DNA of 64,000 nt from the NCBI GenBank assembly GCA_963789955.1, contig CAWBMV010000022.1, positions 320,001 to 384,000 on the forward strand, read 5' to 3'. The DNA is from an uncultured Candidatus Rokubacteria bacterium. GTDB lineage: Bacteria; Methylomirabilota; Methylomirabilia; Rokubacteriales; CSP1-6. Position 1 is the stretch's first letter. Every line of letters starts with the position of its first letter. The notes beneath the pieces were generated by a model. That model saw only the letters and a list, made by a program, of their open reading frames with translations. It was not told the DNA's origin and did not search any database. The position numbers were made by a program, and so were the translations under genes. Of the stretch, positions 29,768 to 39,488 are shown piece after piece.

Positions 29768-32105
29768 ATGCCCAACATCGCGAGCTCACCCGTCAGAACG
29801 GCAGCACGACTGTCCCGGCCCGCGCGTCTCGTGGGCCTGAGTCTCCTGGTGTTCTTGCCGGCCGCGACAGCAGGTGCCAAGTGTCGCCGGCATCTCGCCG
29901 GCGGCTCTGGCACCGGTGAGCGTCTGGGCGAGCGGTTTTCTCCAGCCGCGTGGTGTCGTGGCGGACTCTGCAGGCGCGGTCTACGTGAGCGACCGCGCGG
30001 CCGGCACCATCACACGCATCGCTACGGATCAGTCCACGACCGTGCTGATGCGTGGACTGGAGCGACCGGTCGGCCTCGCCTTCGATCTCGAAGGCCGTCT
30101 GCTCGTCGCTGAGGAGCGAGCCGGCCGGATCACGCGACGCGAGGCCGACGGCTCGCGCACCACCTTGGTGTCCGGAGTCAAGCAGCCCCGGTGGCTCGAC
30201 GTCGGCGAGGACGCGACCGTCTTCGTCGCGGCTCGTCGGCTCACGAGGGGCACCGACCCCGAGCCCGACGACGAGTCGGTCGAGCCCGAGGTGATTCTGG
30301 CGCTCACGTCGACCGGCGCACTGACGGTCTTCGCTGACGGCTTCCGAGCCGTTCGGGGCATCGTGGCCGGCGACGGGATCCTCTACGCAGCGACGGACGG
30401 CCGTCGTGGGGAAGCGAGACCGGATGGTGTCGTCTTCCGGATTCCGATCCTGCCGGGCGCTCGCGCCGGTGTTGCCACTGCACTCGGCCCCACCGGCGCC
30501 TTCGTGAAACCGACGGCGCTGGCGCAAGACCGGTTGGGCGCGCTATTCGTGACGACCCAGGAGCTCAGCGTGGATGGCCAGCGCTTCAGACGTGCGCTCG
30601 CGAAGCTGCAGCCTGATGGCCCGGTCAGCCTGTTCGCGGGAGAGCTGGATCGCCCGCAAGGCCTGGCCTTCGACCCCGCGGGCCACCTGTATGTCGCCGA
30701 CGGAGCTTCGGGTCGAATCCTTCGCTTCCTCTCGCCACCCGCGCCCGAGCTCGATCCACTGGCCACGATCACGAACGCGCCCGCCGTCTCCGTGCGCGGC
30801 GCCGCGCTTCGAGAGTCACGAGTCGATGGTCGCCTCGACGGCGGAAGCGGTCGGTTCACGATCCAGAGTGGAACGGACGGCAGGTTCGCTGCTGACGATT
30901 CCGTTGACGTTGAATGCCGAGAACACGATCGAGGTATTCGTGACTGCCCATCGTGGTCTCGGCCTGACCGGCGCGCCCGCCGAGGTGACCGTCCGCCACG
31001 ACGACGTACCGCCCGAGACGACCTTGATCAGCGGACCGGTCAGCCCCAGCGACGGGACCACGGCCGCATTCACGTTCACGGGCACCGACGACGTCACCGC
31101 GAGCGGACGAGTTGCGGTTCGCGTGGCGCCTCGACGGCCGACCTTTCGGCGAGCTCTCCGGCGCGCGGTCGGTCACACTCACGGATCTCCCGGACGGCGT
31201 CCACACGTTCGATGTCGTGGCACAAGATAGCGCGGGGAACGTCGATCCCACCCCGGCGACCAGGACCTTCACGGTCAGTCGGTCTCGGATCGCGCTGGTC
31301 GAGCCCGAGCCCGGAGCCACCTTGCCTGCCGGTTCCCGCCTCGTTCGAGGCACGGTCGTGACCGGAGGGCAGGAAGTCGCGGTGACCATCAATGGGATCG
31401 CGGCCGCGGTCTACGGAGGCACGTTCGCCGCGCTCGTTCCGCTGAGCCCGGGCACGAATCGTCTCCAGATCGTCGCCACGACGGCCGCCGGCGTCGTCGC
31501 GAGCCAGGACGTGCCCGTCACCGTGATGGCCGCGCCGGACGCGCCGTTCCTGCTCGTCAGCAGTCCCGCGGGCGGCGTGAGTCCGCTGACGGTGTCCTTC
31601 ACGTTGCTCGGCGTGCCGGATTCGGCGACGATCCAGGCCGACTTCGATGGCAACGGTACGATCGACTTCACGGGCCAGCGCCTGGCCGAGCAGGCCTTCA
31701 CGTATCGTGCAACCCGGTCTCTTCGTCCCCATCGTGACGGTCACCGATGCCCAGGGGCAGCGAACCACGGTCCCCGGCGTCGTTCAGGTCTTCGATCGGG
31801 CGAGCCTCGACGCGCTGCTGCAGGCCAAGTGGGCCTCCATGCGTGACTCGTTGCGCCGCGGCGATATCGCCCAGGCCCTGACGCAGATCTCCGAGCGCTC
31901 GCGGAATCGCTACCAGCAGGCGTTCACCGCGCTCCTTCCTGATCTGCCGGCCGTCGACACGATTCTCACCGATGTCCGATTCGTTCGGGCTCGCGGTCTG
32001 GAAGCGCTCTTCGAGATGAGCCGCACGGATGCCGGTATGCTCAAGTCCTTCGAGGTGCGATTCAATGTCGACGCCGACGGATTCTGGCGCGTGCGGTCGT
32101 TCTGA
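29768..32105 (+). CDS. Secreted NHL/beta-propeller + Ig-like + PKD protein with a C-terminal alpha/beta domain (four frameshifts)
   Basis: Signal peptide; repeats PRGVVADSAGAVYVSD, PVGLAFDLEGRLLVAE, PQGLAFDPAGHLYVAD; Ig-like DGVHTFDVVAQDSAGNVDPTPA; PKD-like DFDGNG..FTY|QPGLFVPIVTVTD; tail LQAKWASMRDSLRRGD...DADGFWRVRSF. About 780 codons. Confidence 0.75.
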
Positions 32106-32115
32106 GATCTCGCTG

Positions 32116-32709
32116 ATGCGCTCCGTTCTGATCGCGCTGATGTTCCTGATCTCGCTCCTGATGCCTCGATGGACCGAGGCGGCCGGGCCCTGGCAGGCGC
32201 AGGTGGTCAGCGCCGATTCAAAGCAGCCACTCGAGGGCGTGGTGGTGCTGGCCTGGTGGACGCGACACGTTCGCAGCCTCGGAGGTCCGAGCGAGGAGTA
32301 CCGCGATTCGCAGGAAGTCCTGACCGACAAGGACGGCCGCTTCACGATCGAGTCGCGCTGGTTCTTCAGCCTCAATCCGCTGGTGTTCTTCCGCGGGCCG
32401 TTCATCGCGATGTTCAAGTCGGGGTACGGGGATTACGGATGGCCCGGCTACACGGGATCGGAGACGTGGCCCAACGAGAAGCGCAAGGCGCTTCAGACAG
32501 AAGCTCAGCTGCTGCAGCTCGATGGGATCGTGCTGGAGATGCCGGTCTTGCCCAACACCGAACAGAGAGCGAAGTACCTCGACGCATCTCGAGGCCCGTA
32601 TTTCGGGCGTTCCTCACGACAGACGCCCGCTGATGCAAGAGGCGATCGATGGAAGAACGGAAGGCGCTGGAATCCCGTGGCCGGATTCAGCGGTAGGGAG
32701 GTCTCGTGA
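32116..32709 (+). CDS. Small exported protein with a carboxypeptidase-regulatory-like beta-sandwich (C-terminus probably frameshifted, true stop near 32696)
   Basis: Signal peptide, then WQAQVVSADSKQPLEGVVVLAWW...EVLTDKDGRFTI...FKSGY. Confidence 0.7.
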   Translation: MRSVLIALMFLISLLMPRWTEAAGPWQAQVVSADSKQPLEGVVVLAWWTRHVRSLGGPSEEYRDSQEVLTDKDGRFTIESRWFFSLNPLVFFRGPFIAMFKSGYGDYGWPGYTGSETWPNEKRKALQTEAQLLQLDGIVLEMPVLPNTEQRAKYLDASRGPYFGRSSRQTPADARGDRWKNGRRWNPVAGFSGREVS

Positions 32710-35089
32710 TCCAACCGGAGAAACTCGTCGCGACCGTGTGTGCAGCCGGAGTGCTGGGCGCTGTTCGGGACGGCGGACGTTGCGCTGTCGTACGCGCCCG
32801 CCACCCACGCCGAGATCGGCAGGATCGCCGTCGTCCGCTCGGATCTGGACGCGATCTTGAAGGCTCAGTATCGCGTCGACCGCGGTGCGACGTTCGTCGT
32901 CAACGGAGAGACTGTTCAGACCTGGATCGCGATCGGCGCGACGCGCGAGGATTTCCCGGCGACCCGGTCTCTCAATCACTTTCACAGTCCGCTGAAGCCA
33001 TGGGCGAGCGCCGGCGGACTTCTCGGCCAGTCGTCCGTCTACTGGCAGCAGAACCCGGATCAAGGCCTCGGCGGCACATGGTCATGGCCTGTCGCTCGTC
33101 AGCGATTGTTCGAGTTTCTGACCCTGCCGACGCCGGCGGCGCGGGAAGGAGCGCTTGCGGACACCGCTCGGGCTCTCGGGCAGGTCATGCACATGGTTCA
33201 GGATGCGGCGTCACCGGCCCACACGCGCGAGGATCCGCACCTGCTCCACGACGGATACGAAGCTCGTATCGAGGAGCTCCGAGCGAGTCGCGATGCGACG
33301 CTCCGGTCCCGCTTCCAGGCGTTCCTGGATGCTTCATCGACGTTGCCGTCGACCTCGATCTTCACGCCGACGGGGGATCCGCGGGCGCCGGTTCCGGTCG
33401 CGAGGCTCGTCGACAGCGACCGGTACGCGGGCACCGTGCCATCGTATTCGGTCGGGGCCGACGCTGGCCTGGCCGAGTACACCAGCGGTGGCTACGTGAG
33501 CGACGACACGATCTTCCTGGGGTTCGCGCTTCCGCGCCGCGAGAGCCTGGGCCCGGCGGTCTTCGATCCGCCGGCCGACACTCCGGGTGCGCGGCGCTAT
33601 TTCCCGAAGACGACCGATGGCGACACGGTCAGTCACTTCGTCGCCGAGGGAGCGTTGTACGAACGTCTCCTGTTTCGCGGGCAGCTGGTCGGCGGGTTCA
33701 TGCTCGACGACAAGGTCTACGAGGACTACGCGGCTCGATTGATCCCTCGCGCGGTGGGCTATTCGGCCGGCCTCCTGAACTACTTCTTCCGAAGCAGCTT
33801 CGACTTCACCGTAGACGTGATCGGCAACGATGCGAGCGCGCGGCTCCTGACGATCAGCATCCCGCCCGAGCTCACCGCGGAGACGATGGACGGGACCTTC
33901 ACCCTGTACGCCGAGGACAAGAACGGTCTGCGGAGCGCCGTCGCCGGAGCGTCGATCACGACCACGCTATTCCGGGGAGCGTCTACCCAGGCGATCTTCA
34001 CGCCCGTCTCCGGCGTGCGTGCATACGTGCTCGTGTTTCGAGGCACGCTGGGCGCCGAGTCCGACGCGGTGACCGGCAAGGTCAAGCCGATGGGCCCGTT
34101 CGTGGCCGCGTTGCAAACGACGGCCGAGTTCACCGGCGAAGCGACGCGCGCGACCGTGACGGAGGTCGACAACGCGTCGACGCTCATCGTCATGGAGACG
34201 CTGTCGAAGGACGCGCGGCAGCAGCGCGCCAAGGGATCGTTCTTTTCGTCCACGAACGATCCCGGGCAGCATCTCAAGCGCGTATCGCTGGAGTTCGATC
34301 CCAGAATCGTCGGCGCGGCGCCGGTCCGACTGCTTCTGGACGACATCGATGTCGGCGTCGCATGGAGCCGAGAGGGCACGCCCCTCGAGAATCCCAGCCG
34401 ATGGGAGGTCCGAATCGACCTGCCGGTGTTCTTCGGCGGCGGGGGGATCCTCGTGCCGAACGTCCCGCGGTTCTTGGCCGTCGAGACCCTGGAGGGGACC
34501 ACGATCAGGACCCCGCTCGTCTGGTGGCGCAGCGTGTCCTCGGTCAACGAGGCCCGAGGAGGCCGGCGAATCCGTGACCGGGTGTCCGCTGGAGCTCCAG
34601 TGCGAACAGGTGGTCAGCAACAGTACCGTGCTGCACGGACTCGTCTTCTTCGGCGACGGGAACGGCGAGGGGCGTGACACCACCTCCTCCGGCCAGCGCC
34701 AGCCCATGACCGCGCCGCACACGGCGGTCGGCTTCATCCCGACGGGCGTGGTCGCGGGGTACAGCGTGGGAACCGACGAGCAGACCGGAAGCCTCAACTG
34801 CTTTGCCGGGTGTGTGCCCGCCGCTTCGTGCACGGCCAGCACCGTCAGGGTCTTCGCCGAGTCGCGAGCGGAGGGGCGTGTGTGGATAAAGGACGAATTT
34901 TCGATCAGCTCCAGTACTCTGAGTGGCGTGCATACGGTCGCGAACGCCTGTGCCCGGCCGGCCGCGGGTCAGCCCGTCGCCCCTGATCTGCCGGAGCTGA
35001 GATTCCGGCGTGACTACTTACCGGCGGAGCAGAGCCGATTTCAGGAGTTCGGGGTGACACCGCCCGAGCACGAGATCACGCTCCGATGA
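32706..35089 (+). CDS. Secreted zinc-dependent phospholipase C / S1-P1 nuclease-fold protein with C-terminal beta-rich domains (frameshifts ~32760, ~34560)
   Basis: SD GGGAGG; signal ALS|YAPATH; GATRED, NHF, HMVQDAASPAH (H-x3-D-x5-H), HDGYE (H-x3-E). Confidence 0.75.
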
Positions 35090-35658
35090 ACGCTGCGTCT
35101 ACATGGACGGCGCGGGGCCGACTGCACCAGGCGCTGCTGGTCTGCGTCGTTCTGGTCGGTGCGGCCGGCTGCCTCTATCCCGGCGCCGACGTTCCCTACG
35201 TCCAGACTCCGACCGACGTCGTCACCGAGATGCTGCGGCTCGCCACCGTCGGCCCGAACGACGTCGTCTACGACCTGGGCTCGGGCGACGGGCGCCTGGT
35301 GATCGCGGCCGCGCGTGATTTCGGCGCGCGCGGTGTCGGCATCGAGATCGATCCCTCGTTGATTGCGCTGAGCACGGACGCGGCGCGGCGGGCTGGCGTC
35401 GGCGACCGCGTGACGTTTCGCGCGGACGATCTCTTCGAGACCGATCTCTCGGACGCCACCGTCGTGACGCTCTATCTCTCGCGCTCGATCAATCAGCGAT
35501 TGCGCCCCAAGCTCCTGCGCGAGCTGCGGCCGGGCGCGCGCATCGTCTCGCACAATTTCGACATGGGCGACGACTGGATGCCGAGCCAGACCAAGCAAGT
35601 CTCGTCGCGCGATCGTCTGGTGACGGTGTTTCTCTGGGTGATTCCGCCGAAATCGTAA
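35086..35658 (+). CDS. Class I SAM-dependent methyltransferase with a lipoprotein-like signal
   Basis: DVPYVQTP, VVYDLGSGDGR, GVGIEID, ATVVTLYL, GARIVSHNF; ATGA overlap with the upstream gene; GAAGC. Confidence 0.85.
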   Translation: MNAASTWTARGRLHQALLVCVVLVGAAGCLYPGADVPYVQTPTDVVTEMLRLATVGPNDVVYDLGSGDGRLVIAAARDFGARGVGIEIDPSLIALSTDAARRAGVGDRVTFRADDLFETDLSDATVVTLYLSRSINQRLRPKLLRELRPGARIVSHNFDMGDDWMPSQTKQVSSRDRLVTVFLWVIPPKS

Positions 35659-35882
35659 TCGCTCGCGCCTGAAACGAGCGTCGTGTTGTTGCGAGCGCGT
35701 GACGTTGGTGTTCCACGCAGCGGAACTTTCTGTCTCACTCGTGAGAACGCGCGTTCAGGTATTTCACTCATTGACTTCGAGCGACCGCATCGAGGATTCT
35801 CCTGGCGCTAAATCGAGAGATCCACTGGTTCCGTCCTGCAGAACGGTCCGCGCGTGACGCGGACAGACGCAAGGAGGTTCTC

Positions 35883-36930
35883 ATGCGGTTCTCGCCACAG
35901 GCTCTTCGAGCGATCGAGCGGCGCAAGTTCTTGAAGCTCATGGGAGGCGCGGCGAGCGGCGTCATGGCGCTCGGCAGCGGCGGCTCGTTCGTGCGCGCGC
36001 GCCGCGCGGAAGCGCAGGTGGCCCTCACGCCCTTCGTCGACGCGCTGCCGATTCCCGACGGCATCAGGCCCAGCGGCACGTTCGACGGCGATCCGCTCTT
36101 TCAGGTGACGATGCAGGTGTTCAGGCAGAAGCTCCATCGCGACCTGCCGCCGACGACGCTCTGGGGCTACAACGCCCAGTACCCCGGCCCCACCTTCGAG
36201 GCGCGCCGAGGCCGGCCCATCGCCGTGCGCTGGATGAACAATCTGCCGAACCGCCACATGTTCCCGATCGACAACACCTTGCACGGCGACGAGGCGGGAC
36301 AGCCGGCGGTGCGGACGGTCGTGCACCTGCACGGACACAAGGTGTTGCCGGAGAGCGACGGCTATCCGGAGGCGTGGTTCACGAACGGCTTCGGGCAGAC
36401 CGGGCCGTTCTTCGAGCAGCGGATCTACCGGTATCCGAACGACCAGGCGGCGACGCAGCTCTGGTACCACGACCACGCGCTCGGCGCCACGCGGATCAAC
36501 AACTACGCCGGGCTCTCAGGCGTCTACCTGTTGCGTGACCAGGTCGAGGGCAATCTAAATCTGCCCGACGGGGCGTTCGAGATTCCCCTGATCATCCAGG
36601 ATCGGTTCTTCAACGCCGATGGCTCGCTGCTGTATCCGGTCGAGGACGACGGTGGTGACCCGGATCCGCGCGTGCCGCCCGTCTGGATCCCCGAGTTCTT
36701 CGGCGATACCGTGCTGGTCAACGGCTGATGTTCAAGGTCGGCAAGCGCCACAGCGGCCGCGACGACAGCGAGATTCCCCGATCGCGGGCGCAGGTGCCGC
36801 TGCTCGATCCGCGGGCCTCGGTGAAGCCCCGCGATCTGGTGCTGAGCGAGCTCGACTCGGCCGATCCGTTCGAGAACCCGATCATCGCGCTCATCAACGC
36901 GCCGTGGTCCGATCCGGTGACCGAGACGCC
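35883..36930 (+). pseudogene. Tat-exported multicopper oxidase (CotA/bilirubin-oxidase-like), internally deleted and truncated
   Basis: RRKFLK Tat motif, VVHLHG and WYHDH (first two Cu motifs), PEFFGDTVLVNG; then jumps to MFKVG..DDSEIP..WSDPVTETP; the C-terminal HPxHxH and HCH motifs are absent. Confidence 0.8.
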
Positions 36931-38227
36931 GAGCCTGGTCGTGCTCCTGCTGGCGACCGGCGCCGAGCTGCTCGCGCGAACCCAGGCGATGAGCGGTGCG
37001 GCGCTCGCCGCGAGCGTCGCCGCCGTCCCGAGCGTCGTGACGCAGACCCACCTGGGCCAGATCCTCGCAGCGCGGCTGGTGGCGGTCGTAGTCGCCCTGC
37101 TGCTGGCGTTCGAGGCGGGCCGCGCGTTTCGCGCCTTCGTCCTTCTCGTCGCGCTGGCCATCGCGCTGTCGATGAGCCTCACCGGACACGCGGCCGACTG
37201 GGGCGACGTGACGCTCAGCGTCGGCGTCGACTGGGTTCACGCCGTGGCGGCGTCCGCGTGGACGGGCGGTCTCATCGCGCTGGCGTTCGCGGCCGGGCGC
37301 CGCGGGGCTGGGTGGTCACGTGAGTCGCTCGCCACCGTCGCGCCGCGCTTCTCGCGGCTGGCCGGGCTCTGCCTGCTCGCGATCGTCGTGACCGGAGGCT
37401 ACAACGCGTGGGCCCAGCTGGGCGGCCTCTCGCGGCTGTGGAGCACCGCGTACGGTCGGGTCCTGATCGTGAAGCTTCTGATCGTCGCGGTGCTGGTGTG
37501 GCTGGGGGCCGTCAACCGCTACGCGCACTTGCCACGGCTCGCGCCGGCGCAGGCCGTCCGCGGCGTCGGCGCGCGGGCGTTCCAGCATGTCACGCCTCGC
37601 CCTCTTCGGTCCCAGCCGAGGCACGCCGTCAGTGCCGGCGGAGTCGCAGCTTGTCGCGTACGTCACGATCGAAGCGCTCGTCGGCCTCGCCGTGTTCGCG
37701 TGCACGGCCGTCCTGGGCGAAGTCACGCCGGGGCGCCACGTCCAGTTCGAGCGCAGGCCGACGACGCACGTCGCACCGGTCGCGCGACCCGGTGGGGGCG
37801 GACCGCGGTCGGGCACCGTGACGCCGCCGCGCGGGGACGCCGCACACGGACGAGCGGTCTTCGGCAGGCTCGAGTGCGCGACGTGTCACGCGATCCCCGA
37901 CACGCAGTTCTCGGCGCCGATCCGACCGGGGCCTGACCTGGCCGGGATCGGCGGACGCCACCCGGGCGAGATCGTCGAGTCGATCATGAACCCGAACGCG
38001 CAGATGCTCGACGGGCCGGGCTACACCAATGAGCAGGGGCTGTCGACGATGCCGGACTATCGAGACCAGCTGACGGTAGGGGAGCTGATCGACCTGGTCG
38101 AATACCTGAGAGGCTTCGAAGCGCCCGCAGCACCCGCGCCGCCTGCGACGCCCGGACGCCGATGCCGGCGCCCCGCCGCGCCGCCCCGGCGCCGGCCACG
38201 CCCGAGCAACCGACGCCCACGCGGTGA
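36931..38227 (+). CDS. CopD-family membrane protein fused to a C-terminal monoheme cytochrome c (N-terminus lost; frameshifts ~37585, ~38155)
   Basis: SLTGHAADWG, WVHAVAASAWTGGL, RFSRLA, TAYGRVLIVKL (CopD); GDAAHGRAVF..CATCH..GPDL..ESIMNPN..MP (cytochrome c). Confidence 0.75.
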
Positions 38228-38246
38228 GCCGAGCTACGCGCGAGCG

Positions 38247-39377
38247 TCAGGCGTAGACGCGCTCGATCCGGCTCCCGACGCGACAGACGATCTCCCACGG
38301 GATCGAGCCGATCGTGTTCGCCATCTCGCGCGCGTCGATCGTGTCGCCGTCCTGGCTCCCGATGAAGACCACCTCGTCGCCGGGTGAGGCGTCGAGCCCG
38401 GTCACGTCGATCATGATCATGTCCATGCAGACCGAGCCGATGATCGGTGCCCGCCGGCCCCGGATCAGGACCGAGCCGCGGCCGGCCAGCCGCAGATCGA
38501 GCCCGTCGGCGTAGCCCGCGGGCACGATCGCGATCGTCGTCGGCTTCTTCGCGGTGAAGCGCGCCCCGTAGCCGGTGACCTCGCCGGCGCGCATGCCCTT
38601 GACCGCGGTGATGCGGCTCGCCAGGGTCATCACGGGCGCCAGCGGGATCGTGGACGTCAGCGGCGGCGGCACGATGCCGTAGAGCAAGAGGCCCGGCCGC
38701 ACGCGATCGAACCACACGCGCGGGTCGCGCACCACCGCGGCACTGTTGGCGGCGTGCCGGAAGCGCGGCCGCGCGCCCAGCGCCTGGAGATCGGCGAGGA
38801 CCCGATCGAAGCGCTGGCGCTGCTCGTCGAAGAGCGACGATGCGGGGTCGTCCGCGGTCGCGAAGTGGGTGAAGACGGCGTCGAGATCGAGATTCTCGCT
38901 GCGGAGCAGATCGGGGAGGGTGCGGCGCAGGTTGTCGAAGCGAAACCCGAGCCGGTTCATGCCCGTGTCGATCTTCAGGTGATAGCGTACGCGCTGCTTG
39001 TACCGCGCGGCCGCGGCCTGCACGGCGCGCGCCGCCCCCGGCGACGAGATCGTCGGCGTCAGCCGGCAGTCGAACAGGCCGTCGAGGTCACTGACGCTGA
39101 GCGCGCCGAAGATGAGGATGTCGGCGCGCACGCCGGCCGCCCTCAGGGTGGCGCCTTCCTCTATATCCGCGCAGGCCAGCAGGTCGGCGCCGGCATCCTC
39201 GAGCGCCCGCCCAACCTGTGCCGCGCCGTGACCGTACGCGTTCGCCTTGACGACGCTGATGACACCCGGCGGCGAGGCCGGCCGCTCGCGCTTCAGATGC
39301 TCGCCGATCGCCCGATAGTTCGCCTTGAGCACCTCGAGATCGACGCGCGCGACCGTCGGCCGAACCCGCTCACCCAT
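38247..39377 (-). CDS. alr: Alanine racemase
   Basis: VVKANAYGHG (PLP Lys), HLKIDTGMNRLG, HAANS, RPGLLLYG, GYADG, CMD. Confidence 0.95.
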   Translation of the reverse strand: MGERVRPTVARVDLEVLKANYRAIGEHLKRERPASPPGVISVVKANAYGHGAAQVGRALEDAGADLLACADIEEGATLRAAGVRADILIFGALSVSDLDGLFDCRLTPTISSPGAARAVQAAAARYKQRVRYHLKIDTGMNRLGFRFDNLRRTLPDLLRSENLDLDAVFTHFATADDPASSLFDEQRQRFDRVLADLQALGARPRFRHAANSAAVVRDPRVWFDRVRPGLLLYGIVPPPLTSTIPLAPVMTLASRITAVKGMRAGEVTGYGARFTAKKPTTIAIVPAGYADGLDLRLAGRGSVLIRGRRAPIIGSVCMDMIMIDVTGLDASPGDEVVFIGSQDGDTIDAREMANTIGSIPWEIVCRVGSRIERVYA

Positions 39378-39427
39378 GCGATGCCGCCCCTGGCTCCGTA
39401 TTCGTCATCTCGTCCATGTTACTGCGA

Positions 39428-39476
39428 GGGCGGCGCCCGCCCGTCCAGGTCTGTGGGGGCCCGGAGCTTGCTCCGG
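39428..39476. repeat. Paired short hairpins (REP-like)
   Basis: GGGCGG-CGC-CCGCCC and CCGGAGC-TT-GCTCCGG. Confidence 0.45.
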
Positions 39477-39488
39477 CGTGTCGATAGG

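Noticed and set aside
35771..35800. CueR/MerR-type operator before the multicopper oxidase
   Set aside because: TTGACT with an imperfect dyad is present, but there is no ACCTTCC-type CueR box and no convincing 19-bp spacer to a -10.
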